Made by a program: the position numbers and the translations under genes. This document shows, piece by piece, positions 49,801-64,000 of a stretch of 64,000 nt of DNA. Source of the DNA: Octopus sinensis. Its lineage: Eukaryota. The notes beneath the pieces were generated by a model. The model was not told the origin of the DNA, searched no databases, and was given only the letters and a program-made list of their open reading frames with translations. Numbering within the stretch: position 1 is the stretch's first letter; each line of letters begins with the position of its first letter. The stretch is taken from NCBI RefSeq assembly GCF_006345805.1, contig NC_043013.1:24304001-24368000 (forward strand), written 5' to 3'.

Positions 49801-52094
49801 TGTATCATTAAATATTCATTTTGTCTCTCTTCAGAATATGGCTTTAACGGATTTCTTTTTAGCCTGACATCCTCTTTGTTATATTTACTAGCCCCCCCCC
49901 CCAGCCAGTTGTATAAATAATCGGTGTAGAAAATGTATTTATGGGAGAAGACAGTAAGTATGGTCATGAGGTTTCAAGTTTGATTTGCAACTGTCTGGTT
50001 CCGAGGTCGATCTTGCTGCAAGATACTTTAGGTACGTATTTTTTATAATAGATTCGGGTCGCATAATAATAAAATTTAGTCATCGGAAATTCGGTAGAAG
50101 TCCTTAGGATGGTCGCATTTGTATATCGACGAAAAGAAAAATCCTGCACTGTATTTCGTTTCAAGTATGTCATTCAGTTACATCGTTCATTAAAATAAAT
50201 AGCAGAAAAATTACTGAGCTCGATAAAATCGACAAAAAAAAAATCTTATGTCGATGCTCCAGCATGGTCGTAATTCAGAAAGAAAAAACAACAACTGATG
50301 AACAATGGAAATATTATGTGGAAACTATTTTGCAACGGCTCTTCTTTGAAACCGTCGACTTTCCTTGGAATAGTAGACTGATATATTTATATATTTCAAA
50401 GCATTTTGAAATAAGTACCAGCTAAGTAACTGGGATTGATATTATCGATTAACTCCCTCCCCTAAAATTACTGGCGTTGTGCCAACATATGACACAACAT
50501 TTGAAAATTTAGCTTGTAAGTAATTTTAATGTTTTGATATGGAGTAAAAAATCATGAATTATTGTTAGCTGAGATGGTCAACAAGGAGTTGAAATGCAGA
50601 TGATACAGTTAAAATGGCAATATCTGAATTGAGGAATATGAAGAAGGTTAGGTCTAGAAATAGTGATATGAAAAAGCCAATTTCGTATCAATCCAGTAAC
50701 AGAGTAATCAATTTGGTTGTTTTCTTACCTCGTCATAGATTTCGTTAGACAGGTGGACAGGTAGAATCGTTAAAGCGTCGGAAACACCTTGCGATATTTA
50801 CAGCTCTTTACATTCAGCTCTTTATATCCCGATGAGACCAATTTTGTCTTTATCTTTCCGGGGCTCTGAAATAAAGGAACATTTAAGTTATGATGGCGAT
50901 TAAATCACTTATTTCTGTTAGAAATGATTTATTATTGATTTCGTGATGAATTTCATTCTTGAAGAAATATTTTGCTAGAGAAAGAGACGCATTGATCATG
51001 AACTTTAAGGTTCTCGCTAGACTAGTGTTTTGATGTTCAGTTTAAAATTTTCCAGTTTGGCATCTGCTCTACTAAACGTGAGATGAGAAGGGAACTCCAG
51101 GGGGTTGCAACACTAGGAAATGAGGAATGGTGGCATTTGTGTGGGAAGACAAGTGGAAGTGAGATGGTAGGTTAGGGGAGTTTACAACTTGATATCTTAA
51201 ATGAGTAGTAGAAGTAGTAGCAGAAGAAGAATAGATAGAAGAGAAATAGCAAATCCGTTGGCAAGTATTTATAAAGGGTGTTGGTGAGTGAGTTTTTATC
51301 TGGTAGCAGTGCAATTCACGGGTAGCGGTTTGTATTCCATTGTGAGTTCTATTTGAGCTTTATAGAAAGTTGGAAAATAACCAGTAGAAGTAAGCTTTTA
51401 TTCCAAAAGTAAGACTTGATTGCAATACAAATATATGAAGTTTCACTAAATTATTGTCTGATTTGTTAGTGTGACATGAACAAAAAAAACGAAAGTTCTA
51501 GTAATACTATTAGCAAAGTGATCTTGGTTGAAGTGTGACGCGTTGAAGCTATGCAAGAGACGAGACTAGATATACAATTAGCAATATAAAATAGCAAGCT
51601 TATACAATTCAGACCACAATAAATATGTAGAATTGTTCTAACGTGAGACAATCTTTTACAAGTTTCTAATATTACGAAACAGATCGGGAAGGTTAAATCT
51701 AATTCTTAACAATGGATAAGTGTGTTCAGTGATGTTTAGAACCTACCAATGAGACTGGAACATGTTAAATGTAGAGGCAAATAACAAGAGTCTCTTATTG
51801 CGATGACGAACAACAACAATAAAAAAAGAAAACAATTGCATTTAAGGGTCAATGTATAGGATGTTATATAAGGGGAGTATTTGGGGTGGGTAGGGTGATT
51901 ATGCATTACACTCTCAATAATAAAAATTCAATTCTGAAGATCACAAAAGTCGTCTGGAGAGAGTTCCATTCAAGAAAAAAATGGGTGTTATTTTCTCTGG
52001 GAACACGATTAAAACTAATTTCCCTGAAGTATCATGTTCTTGCCACCCACACTATATACGCATGTTGATAGTGTTATATATGCACACATATATA

Positions 52095-52140
<46 letters not shown>

Positions 52141-52639
52141 CACACACACACTTCAATAAGTACATACGACACTGACACGTATCACATACACATATTCAAA
52201 AGAGGGATTTCTGAAAATTTATACAACATATTGTTCATGTATCGCGTGCGCGCACGCACACACACACACACACACACACACGTAACCGCGCGCGCATTGG
52301 CTAATGTTTTTATTCGTTATAAAAACATCTTGCAATACTGTTTGATATCTTCAAATGATAAATTCACAAGCTTATGATTTATTTAATATTGAATATTTCA
52401 GTTTTTATCCTAAGATTTATTTTACTTGTTTATTTATTTATTCATTAAGATAATTTGAGGACAAAGGAGAGATTGTCTGGATGCTACATGGACACAGGAT
52501 TTAGGTTAGAATCACTGATTGCAAGACACGATAGTTGCATATTTTTATACATTCTGTTCTATACGTAGAAGCCCATTCACATGCATGTCTATGACACACA
52601 CACACACACACGAAATTGATGTACACATTTCTAGTATGC

Positions 52640-52969
52640 ATACATATACATACACACACACGTGTGTGTGTGTGTACATAATTACGAACATACACGTTTA
52701 TATATACATATATACATACATACATATATATGTATATATATGTATGCACGTGTATATATATATATGTGCATATGTATGTATATATATATATATATGACTG
52801 TATATGTATGTATATATATATATGTCTATATATGTGTGCATGTATATTATATGTGTATATATATGTATGTATATATATATATGTCTATATATGTGTGTGC
52901 ATGTATATTATGTGTATATATATGTATGTATATATATATGTATATATATATATATACATGTATGTATAT

Positions 52970-53001
<32 letters not shown>

Positions 53002-53085
53002 CATGTATGTATATTATATATATATATATTAATATATACGTACATATACACGTACACACAGACACATATATGTATATACGTATAA
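52640..53085. repeat. Degenerate (TA/TG)n low-complexity tract
   Basis: Seen directly. Confidence 0.95.
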
Positions 53086-53289
53086 CACTTCACGTGTATC
53101 CACCTCCCTCTAAGTTGTAGGTGCGCCTCGATACGCTCTCCTCACAGTCTTATTTCTCTCTTTTCCAACTAGAGTAACCATGTGTCTCCTTTAAAACAAG
53201 ACACCCGTTTCTGAACCTGTATCAAACACTCACTTTTCATTAACAGGCAGAAAGGCACCTCCCTCAATACAACTCCTACCCTGAGTTTA

Positions 53290-53520
53290 AGAGTCTTGTC
53301 TTGTAAGTTATCTGGTAACCTTGCTGGTGCTGCACCCATTATGTAAATTGGTTGGAATTAGGAAGGTCATCTGGCCGTAGAAACCATGCCAAAGCAGTCA
53401 TTGGTGTCTGGCAGAATCTTCTGGCTTGCCAGTTCCTATCAAACCGTTCAACCCGTATCAGCTCTGAAGGAGAACGTTAAATGTTGGTGATGAGGATAAT
53501 GATGATGATGATGATAATGA
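53290..53520 (+). mobile_element. RTE-related 3' tail (SINE or LINE remnant)
   Basis: tggttggaattaggaaggtcatctggccgtagaaaccatgcc...cgttaaatg followed by (gat)n parallels the RTE 3' UTR at 20610-20752. Confidence 0.65.
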
Positions 53521-53868
53521 AAACTCTTTGTACACACACGTGTGCGGGTATGTATATACATATGTATGTGTGTGTGTCTATGTATGTATTTATATAAGTA
53601 TATGAATTAAATATATGAATTTAAGTATACCCACACGTATTATGAACATACACCCTCGCACACACGCCGCACAAAAACGCTCGAGCACGCACGCATACAT
53701 TCGTACAAAGAATTTAACTATTTGTTTTAACGCATATTCCTTCTTTTTTTCTTGCAATTTAAACTCCAGCTCTGGTTGAATTATGAATGTATCTTTTCAT
53801 CTTTCAGTATAATATTTCAGTAGAGACACACCATCAAGTCTTTACAAATGTGTGTGTGTGTATGCATA

Positions 53869-53899
<31 letters not shown>

Positions 53900-53900
53900 T

Positions 53901-54172
53901 CCGACCAGACGATCAGATGTTGCTACACATCGCTGGTCACAATGCGTTCGCATTGTTTTAGCCTTCGAACGACGCCACCTCGCTGGCTAAGCGAGCAGGC
54001 CAACAGAAGAAAGAGTGAGAGAAAGAGTGGTGAATGAGTACAGCAGGGATCACCACCCCCTGCCGGAGCCTCGTGGAGCTTTTTAGGTGTTTTCGCTCAA
54101 TAAACACACACAACACCCGGTCTGGGAATCGAAACCGCGATCCTCCGACCGCGAGTCCGCTGCCCTAACCAA
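53901..54172 (-). mobile_element. SINE family C head with an alternative 3' tail
   Basis: 54010-54172 matches 10455-10617, but 53901-54005 is unrelated to the family C tail. Confidence 0.8.
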
Positions 54173-54790
54173 TGAATGAATGCATATGAAATTATGTATG
54201 CATTATGTATGTATATAAATGTGCCATCGTTCATTTCTTCTTGAATGTAGACAGAAACGAACGACACAACTCCCACTCAGTGCTTCTGATTTATAATGGA
54301 TGCCTCCTTACCCGTTACAGAGTAAAGCTTTCTTTTCCCGAATCGTTTGACATGCGATTGTAATTGCTATTCAGCATCCCAACCATGTCCACCTCCGCAG
54401 ATCTAGCAACAAAGACATTAAAGTGCTGCAAACTTCACCATTCATTTCTTTAAAAGACAGTATGGTGTGATTTGAGTGAAAATTGGCTACTATTTCTAGA
54501 AGGTCCAACGATAACGTAAAGATTTCCTTGTGGTTTCGGTCTTCAGATGTCATTCCAAGTTGCAAGTATATCATCTAAATTTCGGCAATCGTGCACATCG
54601 GAAAAACAAGCATATCGTCCGTTTTTCTAACCCTAACCCTACATGCATAGATATGTGGTGTGATACCTCTTGAAGAATTATCCCTCCCAGGCTTTAAAGT
54701 GTCCAAGGTACGTCTCCGTTACGATCGAGTTACTTAACTGAATCGTATGTACAAGATTAACACTACTCAGGGGAATACATACCTAAAGAC

Positions 54791-55184
54791 GGGAGTGGCT
54801 GTGTGGTAAGTAGCTTGCTAACCAACCACATGGTTCCGGGTTCAGTCCCACTGCGTGGCATCTTGGGCAAGTGTCTTCTGCTGTAGCCCCGGGCCGACCA
54901 ATGCCTTGTGAGTGGATTTGGTAGACGGAAACTGAAAGAAGCCTGTCGTATATATGTATATATATATATATATATGTGTGTTTGTGTGTCTGTGTTTGTC
55001 CCCCTAGCATTGCTTGACAACCGATGCTGGTGTGTTTACGTACCCGTAACTTAGCGGTTCGGCAAAAGAGACCGATAGAATAAGTACTGAGCTTACAAAG
55101 AATAAGTCCCGGAGTCGATTTGCTCGACTAAAGGCGGTGCTCCAGCATGGCCGTAGTCAAATGACTGAAACGAGTAAAAGAGTA
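54791..55184 (+). mobile_element. SINE family A, young copy
   Basis: Very close to 1680-2090 along its length. Confidence 0.92.
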
Positions 55185-56849
55185 TAAACGTTTAGATTCT
55201 GTACTCCGAGTTGTATGTTTATTATTCCTCTTCTCCATACAATCCATTTAAACGCCAAGTAACTCTTAGTTACTGCCAATTCATTATACACTAATCACTG
55301 TATTCGAATACCTGACTAAACCACTCATTGTATTTATGAACAAATGAAGCAGCTTCTGCATTGCTGCTCTATCTGCTAGAAAGGGCAACCAGTTCTCCAT
55401 TAAATTACATTCTACTGTCTTCAGAAAGGACGGACACATTGGATAATGTAATCTTAGATACGTAAAGCCTACCGAGATGGACTAGGCAGCCATAGTTTAT
55501 CGTGTTTCACCCCCCCCCCCGATTCAAAATATGCCAGGTTTACAGTGAGCTGTACTTTGCACCCACGCAAAACATGGACATAATAATAGTAATACAGGGG
55601 AATTGATAGAATTCATTCTACTTCCCTTCTTCACCAATTACCCATGGGCCGTGGTAACAACCTAAATATTTTACAAGTTCATACGAGAGTCGGTCGACCT
55701 GCTAGATATAACAGCAAATCTTACCTTTAATCACATCTTAAAGTTCGTTTTCGGGTGGTGAACATAATCTGCCAGTTTAACAACACCCAAATGGTCCGTG
55801 GGAAATGCCCTCAATTGTAACAGTCTAGAGTAGGTTTTGTTCTGAGAATAAACTCCATTCTTTCTTCTTACCAGTCTCTCAGACTTGGGATTCGTTAAGG
55901 CACCTGATAGTTCTTCATGGACTGTCCTTATGGTGTGATTGGAAATTTTGCTGCTATTTCTAGTAAGTCGATTGTTCAGGTAGACGCACCCTCATTTTCT
56001 GTGAGCATTAGATGCATCTTGTGTGTGTGTGTGTGTGTTTGTGTACGTGAGAGATACAAATAAAAGAATGTGAAACAGCTCATTAATTGTCAGATCATTA
56101 TCATATGTTAGGGTTGATAAGGCAATTAGCAAGTTGACATGAAGAAAAAAGTTATGTAGAGACTGTTAATGGAAGACGTAAGTGTTGATGAGCCTCTACG
56201 GTAAAGCAGTCAGATTCCATATTGTAGGGTAGGCATTTTCTTCTAATGATTAGAAAGGATTCCACTGGAAGAAGTAATTGCAATTCTACCGTGAAAATTT
56301 TCTGATGAGATAAAACTATTCTCAGTTAATATTTCTCGGGATCAACCGGAAGCTGATGTAGATTTAATAGATCTTCTTACCGCAATTTGTGCATGAAGTA
56401 GTAACGTACATAAGTTCATTTCTTGTAATGCTACCTTCTAGAATAATCTTCATTTTATTTACTATTTTACAGAACGATGACAACAACTAATAATAGATCT
56501 CTAATCATAATTATAGTTTTCTAATTATAACTTTCTTTCTTATCGCTATTAAACGAAGGCACACACCCATTGACAGGAGAGTCGTTCTACCATTTTAGAT
56601 TTTGAAAGAAAACATGTTTTTCATGCTGTTCCCAGACAAAGCAACGGAAGCTAAAAGAAATTAACCGGAAGTGAAAAAAATATCATAGACTCAGTTTGCT
56701 GTAATTCAATTTTTTAGTCTACTTCGTTCATTCTACAACTCATTAATATTAAAATACGAAACCATTGCTGATATTGTGATTATTCACTTTCTTGGTTGAC
56801 CGCTATTTATGATAGTAAGTTCTATATCTAATTATTGTCTATTTCTTCT

Positions 56850-57130
56850 GTGGAGGCGCAATGGCCCAGTGGTTAGGGCAGCGGACTCGCGGTTTCGATT
56901 CCCAGACCGGGCGTTGTGAGTGTTTATTGAGCGAAAACACCTAAAAGCTCCACGAGGCTCCGGCAGGGGATGGTGGTGATCCCTGCTGTACTTACCACAA
57001 CTTTCTCTCACTCTTACTCCCTGTTTCTGTTGTACCTGTCACTCTCTGTGTCACGCTGAATATCCCCGAGAACTGCGTGTCTGTGGAGTGCTCAGCCACA
57101 GACGTAACCGACGGAGTGCTTCCCTCCTCC
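56850..57130 (+). mobile_element. SINE family C, internally deleted, with TSD
   Basis: 11 bp TSD ctatttcttct at 56839-56849 and 57131-57141. Several internal deletions relative to 10281-10636. Confidence 0.9.
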
Positions 57131-57737
57131 CTATTTCTTCTATAGACTAAGCCCACAATCCGCAAAGTACTAGATGTTATACTAAATTTCAGCCTATACA
57201 AGAGAACACCTGCGACAAATCCTTTGCAAGCTACTGCGCTTTCCCCGTTGGGTTCGAGCTTTTGTTGTCGTAATACTACTATCTAGAAATTGTTCGAGAA
57301 AGAATAGTAATTGTTTGAAGACTGCTAATGATAAAGATTATTTAATCTGGAACTCACTATTACTCTAAACCCAGCCTTAAGTTCATGTTGCATAGCAGGA
57401 TGATGTTGAAGAATACACAGAACGACCTTGATGTATAATTTTTGTATTATAGTTGAAAGGGGTTTGAGGAGTCGATCTCTGTAAAATCACTTTCTTACCT
57501 TTAATAAATTATAAATATACAGACTTCTAACCCTAAAGACGAAATCTTCTGAGACTTGTTTCATTAAAGATTCCTCAAGATTATTAGAAATTCATTATGC
57601 TTTATTTGCGTTTAATGTGACAACATTTATGGGTGGAGTAATGTTTCACCCTATTCCTTCTACAGTGAAAGTCTCCAATCCTCCAAATAGTTGGCTTTCA
57701 ACATGAATTGCGGCTGTAGAAGAGAACATTGCATATA

Positions 57738-57952
57738 CGAGGGGATGCTGCAAAGTTCCTGGCTTTAAGGGTGTCGCGAAGGGCCTGTTTGGAGGCTCAA
57801 CCTTCTGAGTTCTTTTACAAGGCTTTGAAAAATTGAAGGACCGTTGCAATAAGTGTGTGAATCTGTGAGAGGAATATGTTGAATACAATCATAACTAACT
57901 GATCCTTCTAAATTTTTTTACTCAAAGCCAGGAACATTTCACCTGCTCCTCG
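57738..57952 (+). mobile_element. Mariner-derived MITE
   Basis: TIRs cgaggggatgctgcaaagttcctggcttt / aaagccaggaacatttcacctgctcctcg, TA on both sides. Interior EKLKDRCNKCVNL..EYVE is a transposase C-terminus. Confidence 0.82.
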
Positions 57953-60900
57953 TAATACATGAAGAAACTTACAACACCCTTACAAAATGAAAGGTTTTCA
58001 TCTGTCTTCATAATGTCTAAGGCCAAAACAAAAAAGGCAATATCACATGCTCCCCAAACTGCAGAGTGCTTTTATCTATCACACGTCAACTAAGATGGCT
58101 CCGTAAGTTGCACGTCTGCAAATAAAGCAAACTGTTTTGTACTTTCTTGCAGACTGCTTTGCGATGTACATTTTATCAACTCTGGAGTATTTCAGGATTA
58201 CATTTGTCTCCCACACTATTTCTTCTGTGCATTAAAGTTATTGTTACTTCTATTTCGAACACACCTCATCGTAAACGATACCTCGCCACCCTTTTCACAC
58301 ACAGGAGTCAACTACATGCAACCCAGATATCTCATGGTAGCGGACATTACTCTGTTGTCCCCTTCAAAAACACCAAACCATAATCATTAAGCATTTTAAT
58401 GAAAGAACATAATACTACGCCGCCTTTATCCCCACCACCACGCCTATATAGCATTTCCTTTTCTCAAAATACTTTCACTCAGCTAATTTGCTGAGTTTCT
58501 AGAAATTGCAAATGTGACCCATATTATATAACTACCCCTATATCTTGGATTCTGCTGATACAAACTTCCTTGACTGCATAAAAATGCTATTTCATTGACA
58601 ATGAATGATTAAGTAACAAAACGCAACAATTAATTAGATTAATCACATCTTTTCTTCCATACTTAGTGTAGTTTCTGGTTCTGTAAATTTGTAATCTTCA
58701 TAGCATCTCCTTCCAGCGCCACCTACTGTCTTCTGCTCTTCTTTTCTATCAACCACCTCTGCTCAGTTCTCGCAAATCTCTGGGTTTTTTTCTTCCTACA
58801 TACATCTCCCGCAGTAGTTCAAGCTGGATATCATCTGAATCCATATTTACAATCCGAGACGAGGAGCTGTTCTGATATAATTTTTAAAAAATAGAACAAA
58901 AAAAAAAGAATATTTTTGGTTAGTTTAACAACTTTCAGTGAAATGATATGTGCCAGATGATAGTCTTAAATAATAATTTTTTAGATTAGCACAATGTCAC
59001 ACACTAGTAGAGTAGGTGATATATTGTGAAATTGAATCTTAATATGTCACTGGTGTCTGTTTTACCGGCTTACAGGATAAAAGACAAACTTAGAATCCAA
59101 TGAGATTTAACCCAAGAAATTAGGAATGTCATTAAATGCTGTATGTGCCATCCATTACCTCAGAAGACAGACTTAAATAAGAACATATTCCTGGTTAACA
59201 ACAGGAACAAGCCACAAGCGACAGGCTCGGGAACGCTGTGGACTGATGTCTAAAACATGCATTTGGCCTTCATAAAAACACTGCTGCAATGCACACATAT
59301 GACTAAAATATGTAGCAAACGATTATGTAGCTGTTAAATATTCTGGATTTATTATAAAAACAACGTCCAGCATATCAACAAACTCTTTTATCTTTTTAAA
59401 TGGTTGCTGTAACCCTTTTCGATAAATAAAAACAATGAATTTATTAAAGAATTCACATTCAACGAATACTTTTTATCCCTGAAAAAAATTGACATTTTAT
59501 TCGAAGTAAGATGGAGATCAGTGGGAAATGAATGTGAAATAGACTAGAATCTAAGATTAGGCAATGACTGGGAGAATAATATTTGTCTATGAAAAGACTG
59601 AAATAGACTAAGTCTCTGAAGAAAAACCGTGGATTTCTTTATCTGGCGTACTTGTGTAATTAACGGAGAGTTCTAGAGGGGAAAGACCACCGTTTAACAA
59701 CTGGCCTAATAAATGTATGGTGTGTCTTTTATCGAAGAAGGGGTCGGTTATATAAAGATTAGGGCCATAGGGAAATATGTAGCGTGTGTGTGTTTGTATG
59801 AGAAAAAGAGAGAGAGAAGGGGAGAGAGAGGAAGCAGAAGAAGAGAGAGTTGCGATGTGGGAGTGTGTGTTCTGCATCTGCTATAACTCAAGGAACTGTA
59901 GTCTACAGATAACAGAGATATGTAGATTAAAAAGAAATTAGGGAAATGTTGATTAAGATGTGCTTATTTTAACGTGAGTTCGCGTTAAGTTGATAAGTTA
60001 TATATTGAAAAGATTACTAAGAAAAGAATTCTCCATGAAAGCAGGTGGAAGAGTTATAGATAATAAAAGTACATGTTGAAAGGTGAGCAATTGAGTTGAA
60101 GGGTCATTACTTAAACATTTCTGGCAGATCTTAAGAGGAGTTCATAGTTAAAGATAGGGTAGAGACGAAACATAACCATCTACTGTATATTTATACTTGA
60201 TCAGGGAGCTCTTTCTGTGGTGTATATGTCTACATACACGCGAATACATGAATGTAGATATAAACATACGTACATACAATGGATTTTCAGTTTACTTACT
60301 ATGATCTACAGCCGTCATTTGCTTGCACTTTGTTGCTGTTAGTATCATGTAACCCAGTACAACCTGCCTTCGAACAATCGGCGATTAAAGCGCCTCGACT
60401 AAATTTAATCGACGGATTGAAAATAAAACCTGTCAAAGGCTGAAAGACTTCCCTATTGAGAAACAAGCAGACAATCACACTCAGCAAAGAAACAAGTTTC
60501 ACCTGGTTATCTTGTCTTTTGGAAAATACACTGCTGTATACCCGCAGTTTGCTTTGGTTCCCGGTTTTCGGAGGATGTTTATCAGAAGTCTCTTTCTAGG
60601 AGCTAATCTTAGAATTGTTAGTGTGATGGATAAGACAGCAAGCACAGTCACTCTACTGAAGCACAATCGATCTATTAAAGCAGCGTTTTAGCTCCTGTCT
60701 GATCATTCTTCATGCGTTTCGGGCCTTCCTGGAACGTCTTGTGGCAGATGTTCAGTGGTTTTCTTTGTAGTCTTGCTATATCGAATGACTAGCAGGCATA
60801 AAATATGATCTTCCAAGCGACATGACTCAGTGCCACTCAGCGTTTGCTGCTGTTGGGATTAGTTTGGCTGAAAGATTTTCTCTCATTTGTAATTCTGTAT

Positions 60901-63630
60901 TGTCGGATGAGCTGGAAGAGATCCAGTAGGCATTTTTGGTGGGACATGTCCAGCATTTGGGTCGCCTTCGCTGACATCTTCCATGTCTTCACTACCATAC
61001 AGAATTGTTACACTATAGAATCGGATTTTTGTTGTTTCAGCCCAAAATTGGTTTCAGATTGTATTCGTTATTACAGCTGCTCTTGTATGGCTGCTCTGCA
61101 TAACAAGTCTCTAGCTATACACTTAAATAAGTAGATCATATACTCACACATACATAAACGCACACTCAAACACACTCACATAGTATTTCGCTTTCTCTCT
61201 CCTCACCACACACTCAGTTATAAGTGCACACACTCGCATATTCTCTCAAATACTCATACACATACATACATACATACACATATACTCACCTGCTCACACA
61301 CACACATTACCACATATTCGCACGCATTCTCACATGCACGTACAAACTTATACAGACATATAAACTTAATCTTATATACAACTGCACGCGCACACTCACT
61401 TGTTGACGCTCTGTTAGAAATAATTGTCAAATCTCCCACCCGCCCCAAAGAGTATATTGGATAACGTAAAGGAAGGTTCATTTATCTGAAAAAAAAAATG
61501 AATGAGATGGGCACAATTGGAAGGTTTATGATCACAGGTGGGCTTTATCAAAACTGACCTAGGGTTGAACAAGATCATAATTCTTCGAAATGTTTTTTTG
61601 ATAAGTTGACTCACGTGACCTTGATTATTATAGAAGGAATGAGATTAGGGGAGATAACCCGGATGATAATAGAGAAACTAATGAGAGAGATAGAAGAGAT
61701 GGTAAGGAAATAACGGTGAAAGAAGTAATCATGGTCTTCTTTCATCATCTAGAATCTTCTTTAAAGTATGAGTATCAACGGAATAAAAGGGAAACTAGGA
61801 ACGTGCCACCTATCCTTCTCTAGATAGGATATATATATATATAATCTTGCGAGATAGTCGGCACGAACTTTCGAAGAAATATAACGATTTAGTGAGAGGA
61901 TGGGGTATTGATTGAGGGAAAATATGCTGGTACGATGAATAGATGAAAGAAAATGACATGAACGGAAAAAAAGCAACATAATAGGAAGTTGTGTTTGAAA
62001 GCGGAAGTAAAGAGAAAAGGGAAAGTTTATAAATGAAGAATTTACCGCAAAGAGATTTACGGAAATGATTGTAGCTTGCCTCCACTGATGGAATATATTG
62101 ATTTACAGACATGTTGATTATTCAAAGAAAAAGACTCGGATACAAGAAATCTAAGGCGACAATAAATATTGAAGAGAATTCTGGGGGCTTATTCTAAATT
62201 ACTGCATGACATAGAAGCTCTTTCTGTTTGGAGAATGGTTGAATCAGACGACTTGCCTTTCATCTACTTCTCTTAAACCTTTCTCAATAATTCAGCAAAT
62301 CAAACAGATTTTTCAAACAACTATTTTTAGAACAATATATTTCCCTGTATATCATTATTCTTTATTATCGAACGTAAGGTTTATTTATTCACCATTTAAT
62401 AGGTATGCTATGGGGTTTTTTTTTATGCTGTACTGCTTCAATATCGAAAGAAACCGTTCAGTCTCACAAGCCTTCAATTTATCGCTATTTTCCCAACTTT
62501 TTGACTTTTATTTCGGCCAGAAGTTCAGAACTCAAGAAAGTGTTTTTTTATGACCCATGGTTTAAATTTTACAGTGGTGAGGTGAAAGACTTGATTTGCC
62601 CTTCATGTATCATAGCTCTCTAGTAGTAGTAGTAGAACATGCGTACGTATACAAATAGCATAGATTTCCTTTCGGAAATTCAGAATTAGTTACCGGCCTT
62701 TCATTTAATTCAAACACTTTCTCCAACACACATGCACAGCGCAGAAACATCAACACACAGAGAAAAACATATACAGATACAGACGCACACATACTTCACT
62801 TGCGTGTGCATATGCTTACGCACACATTACCATTATCTGCAGGAGCCGTAAGAAAGAACATTTAACTCCATTGCTGGAGATTTGTAAATAACATTTTCAC
62901 GGTGAAATGCAATATTTGATGTTTACTTTGAAGTTCAATTGATCACTGAACCGGAAATAATCATTAGCTGTTTGATATTCGATCATCATTTATCTTTCAC
63001 ATCATTGAAATATTTGCTTCAGTGATTGATTATTTTCGTACCAGCTGATCTTTCAGATTCTGCGATTCAAACAGATCTATAAATGGTTGTAGAACACAAT
63101 AGACGAAAATGAATACACTGTTGAGATAAATTGAAAAAATTATCCAGTCTTACAAGGAATTCCACTAAGTGATCCCAGAATCAGTTGTACAACTCCTGGC
63201 ACAAGCGAACAAAATACAAACTGTGTCCCAGTAGACGAATGATAATATTAAGCCATCCAAATATTGCACAGAAAATTCTAACCAAGTTCTTTAATTTTAA
63301 CCACCGCAGGAAAGTGTTCTAAGCAATAGTTTCTTCTTATATGGACATTAATTACCGATTGCAATAACCAATCACAGCAAATGGTTCATATTTTTTCTGT
63401 TTTTATTTAAAAAACTAACTGGATGAGAAGTGGAGACTTCATTTTGACAATATATTGAATGTAAGTTTTTTAATAGTCAACATTTTAATATTATTTCCCG
63501 TTAAATATTTATTTCCCCACTTTGTATATACCCTTCCACCATGTCTTATTGTCTGCAAATCTATAATTTTACTATGTATATATGTATGCTATATTTTCGT
63601 AGTTCTTTTTTTCATTATTTAGTACATAGT

Positions 63631-63850
63631 GAGGTGGCGAGCTGGCAGAATCGTTAGCATGCCGGGAAAAATATGTTTAGCGCCATTTCGTCTGTCTTCA
63701 CGTTTTAAGTTCATATTCCGCTGAGGCCGGGGTCGACTTTGCCTTTCATCTTTTCGGGGTCGATAAAATAAGTACCAGTTGAGCACAGGGATCGAGGCAA
63801 GCAACTTACCACTCACCGAAATTGCTAGTCTTGTGGCAAAATTTGAAACT
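63631..63850 (+). mobile_element. SINE family B
   Basis: Head ggtggcgagctggcagaatcgttagc and core gtcgactttgcctttcatc. Confidence 0.87.
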
Positions 63851-64000
63851 AATATTTATTGCATCGTGTCTTTATGTTATTTCTGTCAACTCAACAACTT
63901 CTTTTTGGTTACGACATTCACAAGTCTGATAAGGTGATGACGAATTGGTAGAGCCGTTAGGGGCGTAGAACAAAATGCCTTGTTGTTTATTCTGACTGTT

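Noticed and set aside
52501-53120. Many ORFs rich in YI/CV/HT/RE (also at 18061, 22163, 27239, 34424, 36717, 40301)
   Set aside because: They are translations of dinucleotide and tetranucleotide microsatellites with no protein signal.
54510-54551. Minus-strand CTGAAGA-cc-GAAAC
   Set aside because: No stem II, no convincing stem I or III, and no element context; likely chance.
54627-54641. ctaaccctaacccta telomere-like repeat
   Set aside because: Only about two units, too short to call an interstitial telomere.
60367-60425. Imperfect hairpin caatcggcgattaaa/tttaatcgacggattg
   Set aside because: Short, AT-rich and single-copy, with no ribozyme or miRNA hallmark I can support.

Overview
AT-rich, microsatellite-dense animal genomic DNA. 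The tRNA-headed SINE families look like those of octopus (coleoid cephalopod); this is recognition from memory, not a database result. No intact host protein-coding gene is supported, and most listed ORFs are microsatellite artefacts. A possible non-coding first exon ends at a GT donor at 3562, so the window may be mostly one large intron. The rest is decayed transposons: two Penelope-like elements, CR1-group, RTE, Tx1/L1 and Dong/R4 LINE fragments, mariner, pogo, hAT and Helitron-like non-autonomous elements, three abundant SINE families and one unclassified repeat. The main unexplained signal is a set of about 8-10 hammerhead-ribozyme (HHR) motifs in unrelated short elements, mostly next to (TA)n tracts. 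They include minimal type I HHRs with palindromic stem III, a stem-II-less minizyme-like core in a GC-rich rod, and fold-back elements. The most striking is an HHR at 27551-27612 (-) whose three conserved strands occur in a non-circularly permuted (pseudoknotted) order. All ribozyme calls come from manual motif and pairing inspection; none is shown to cleave.
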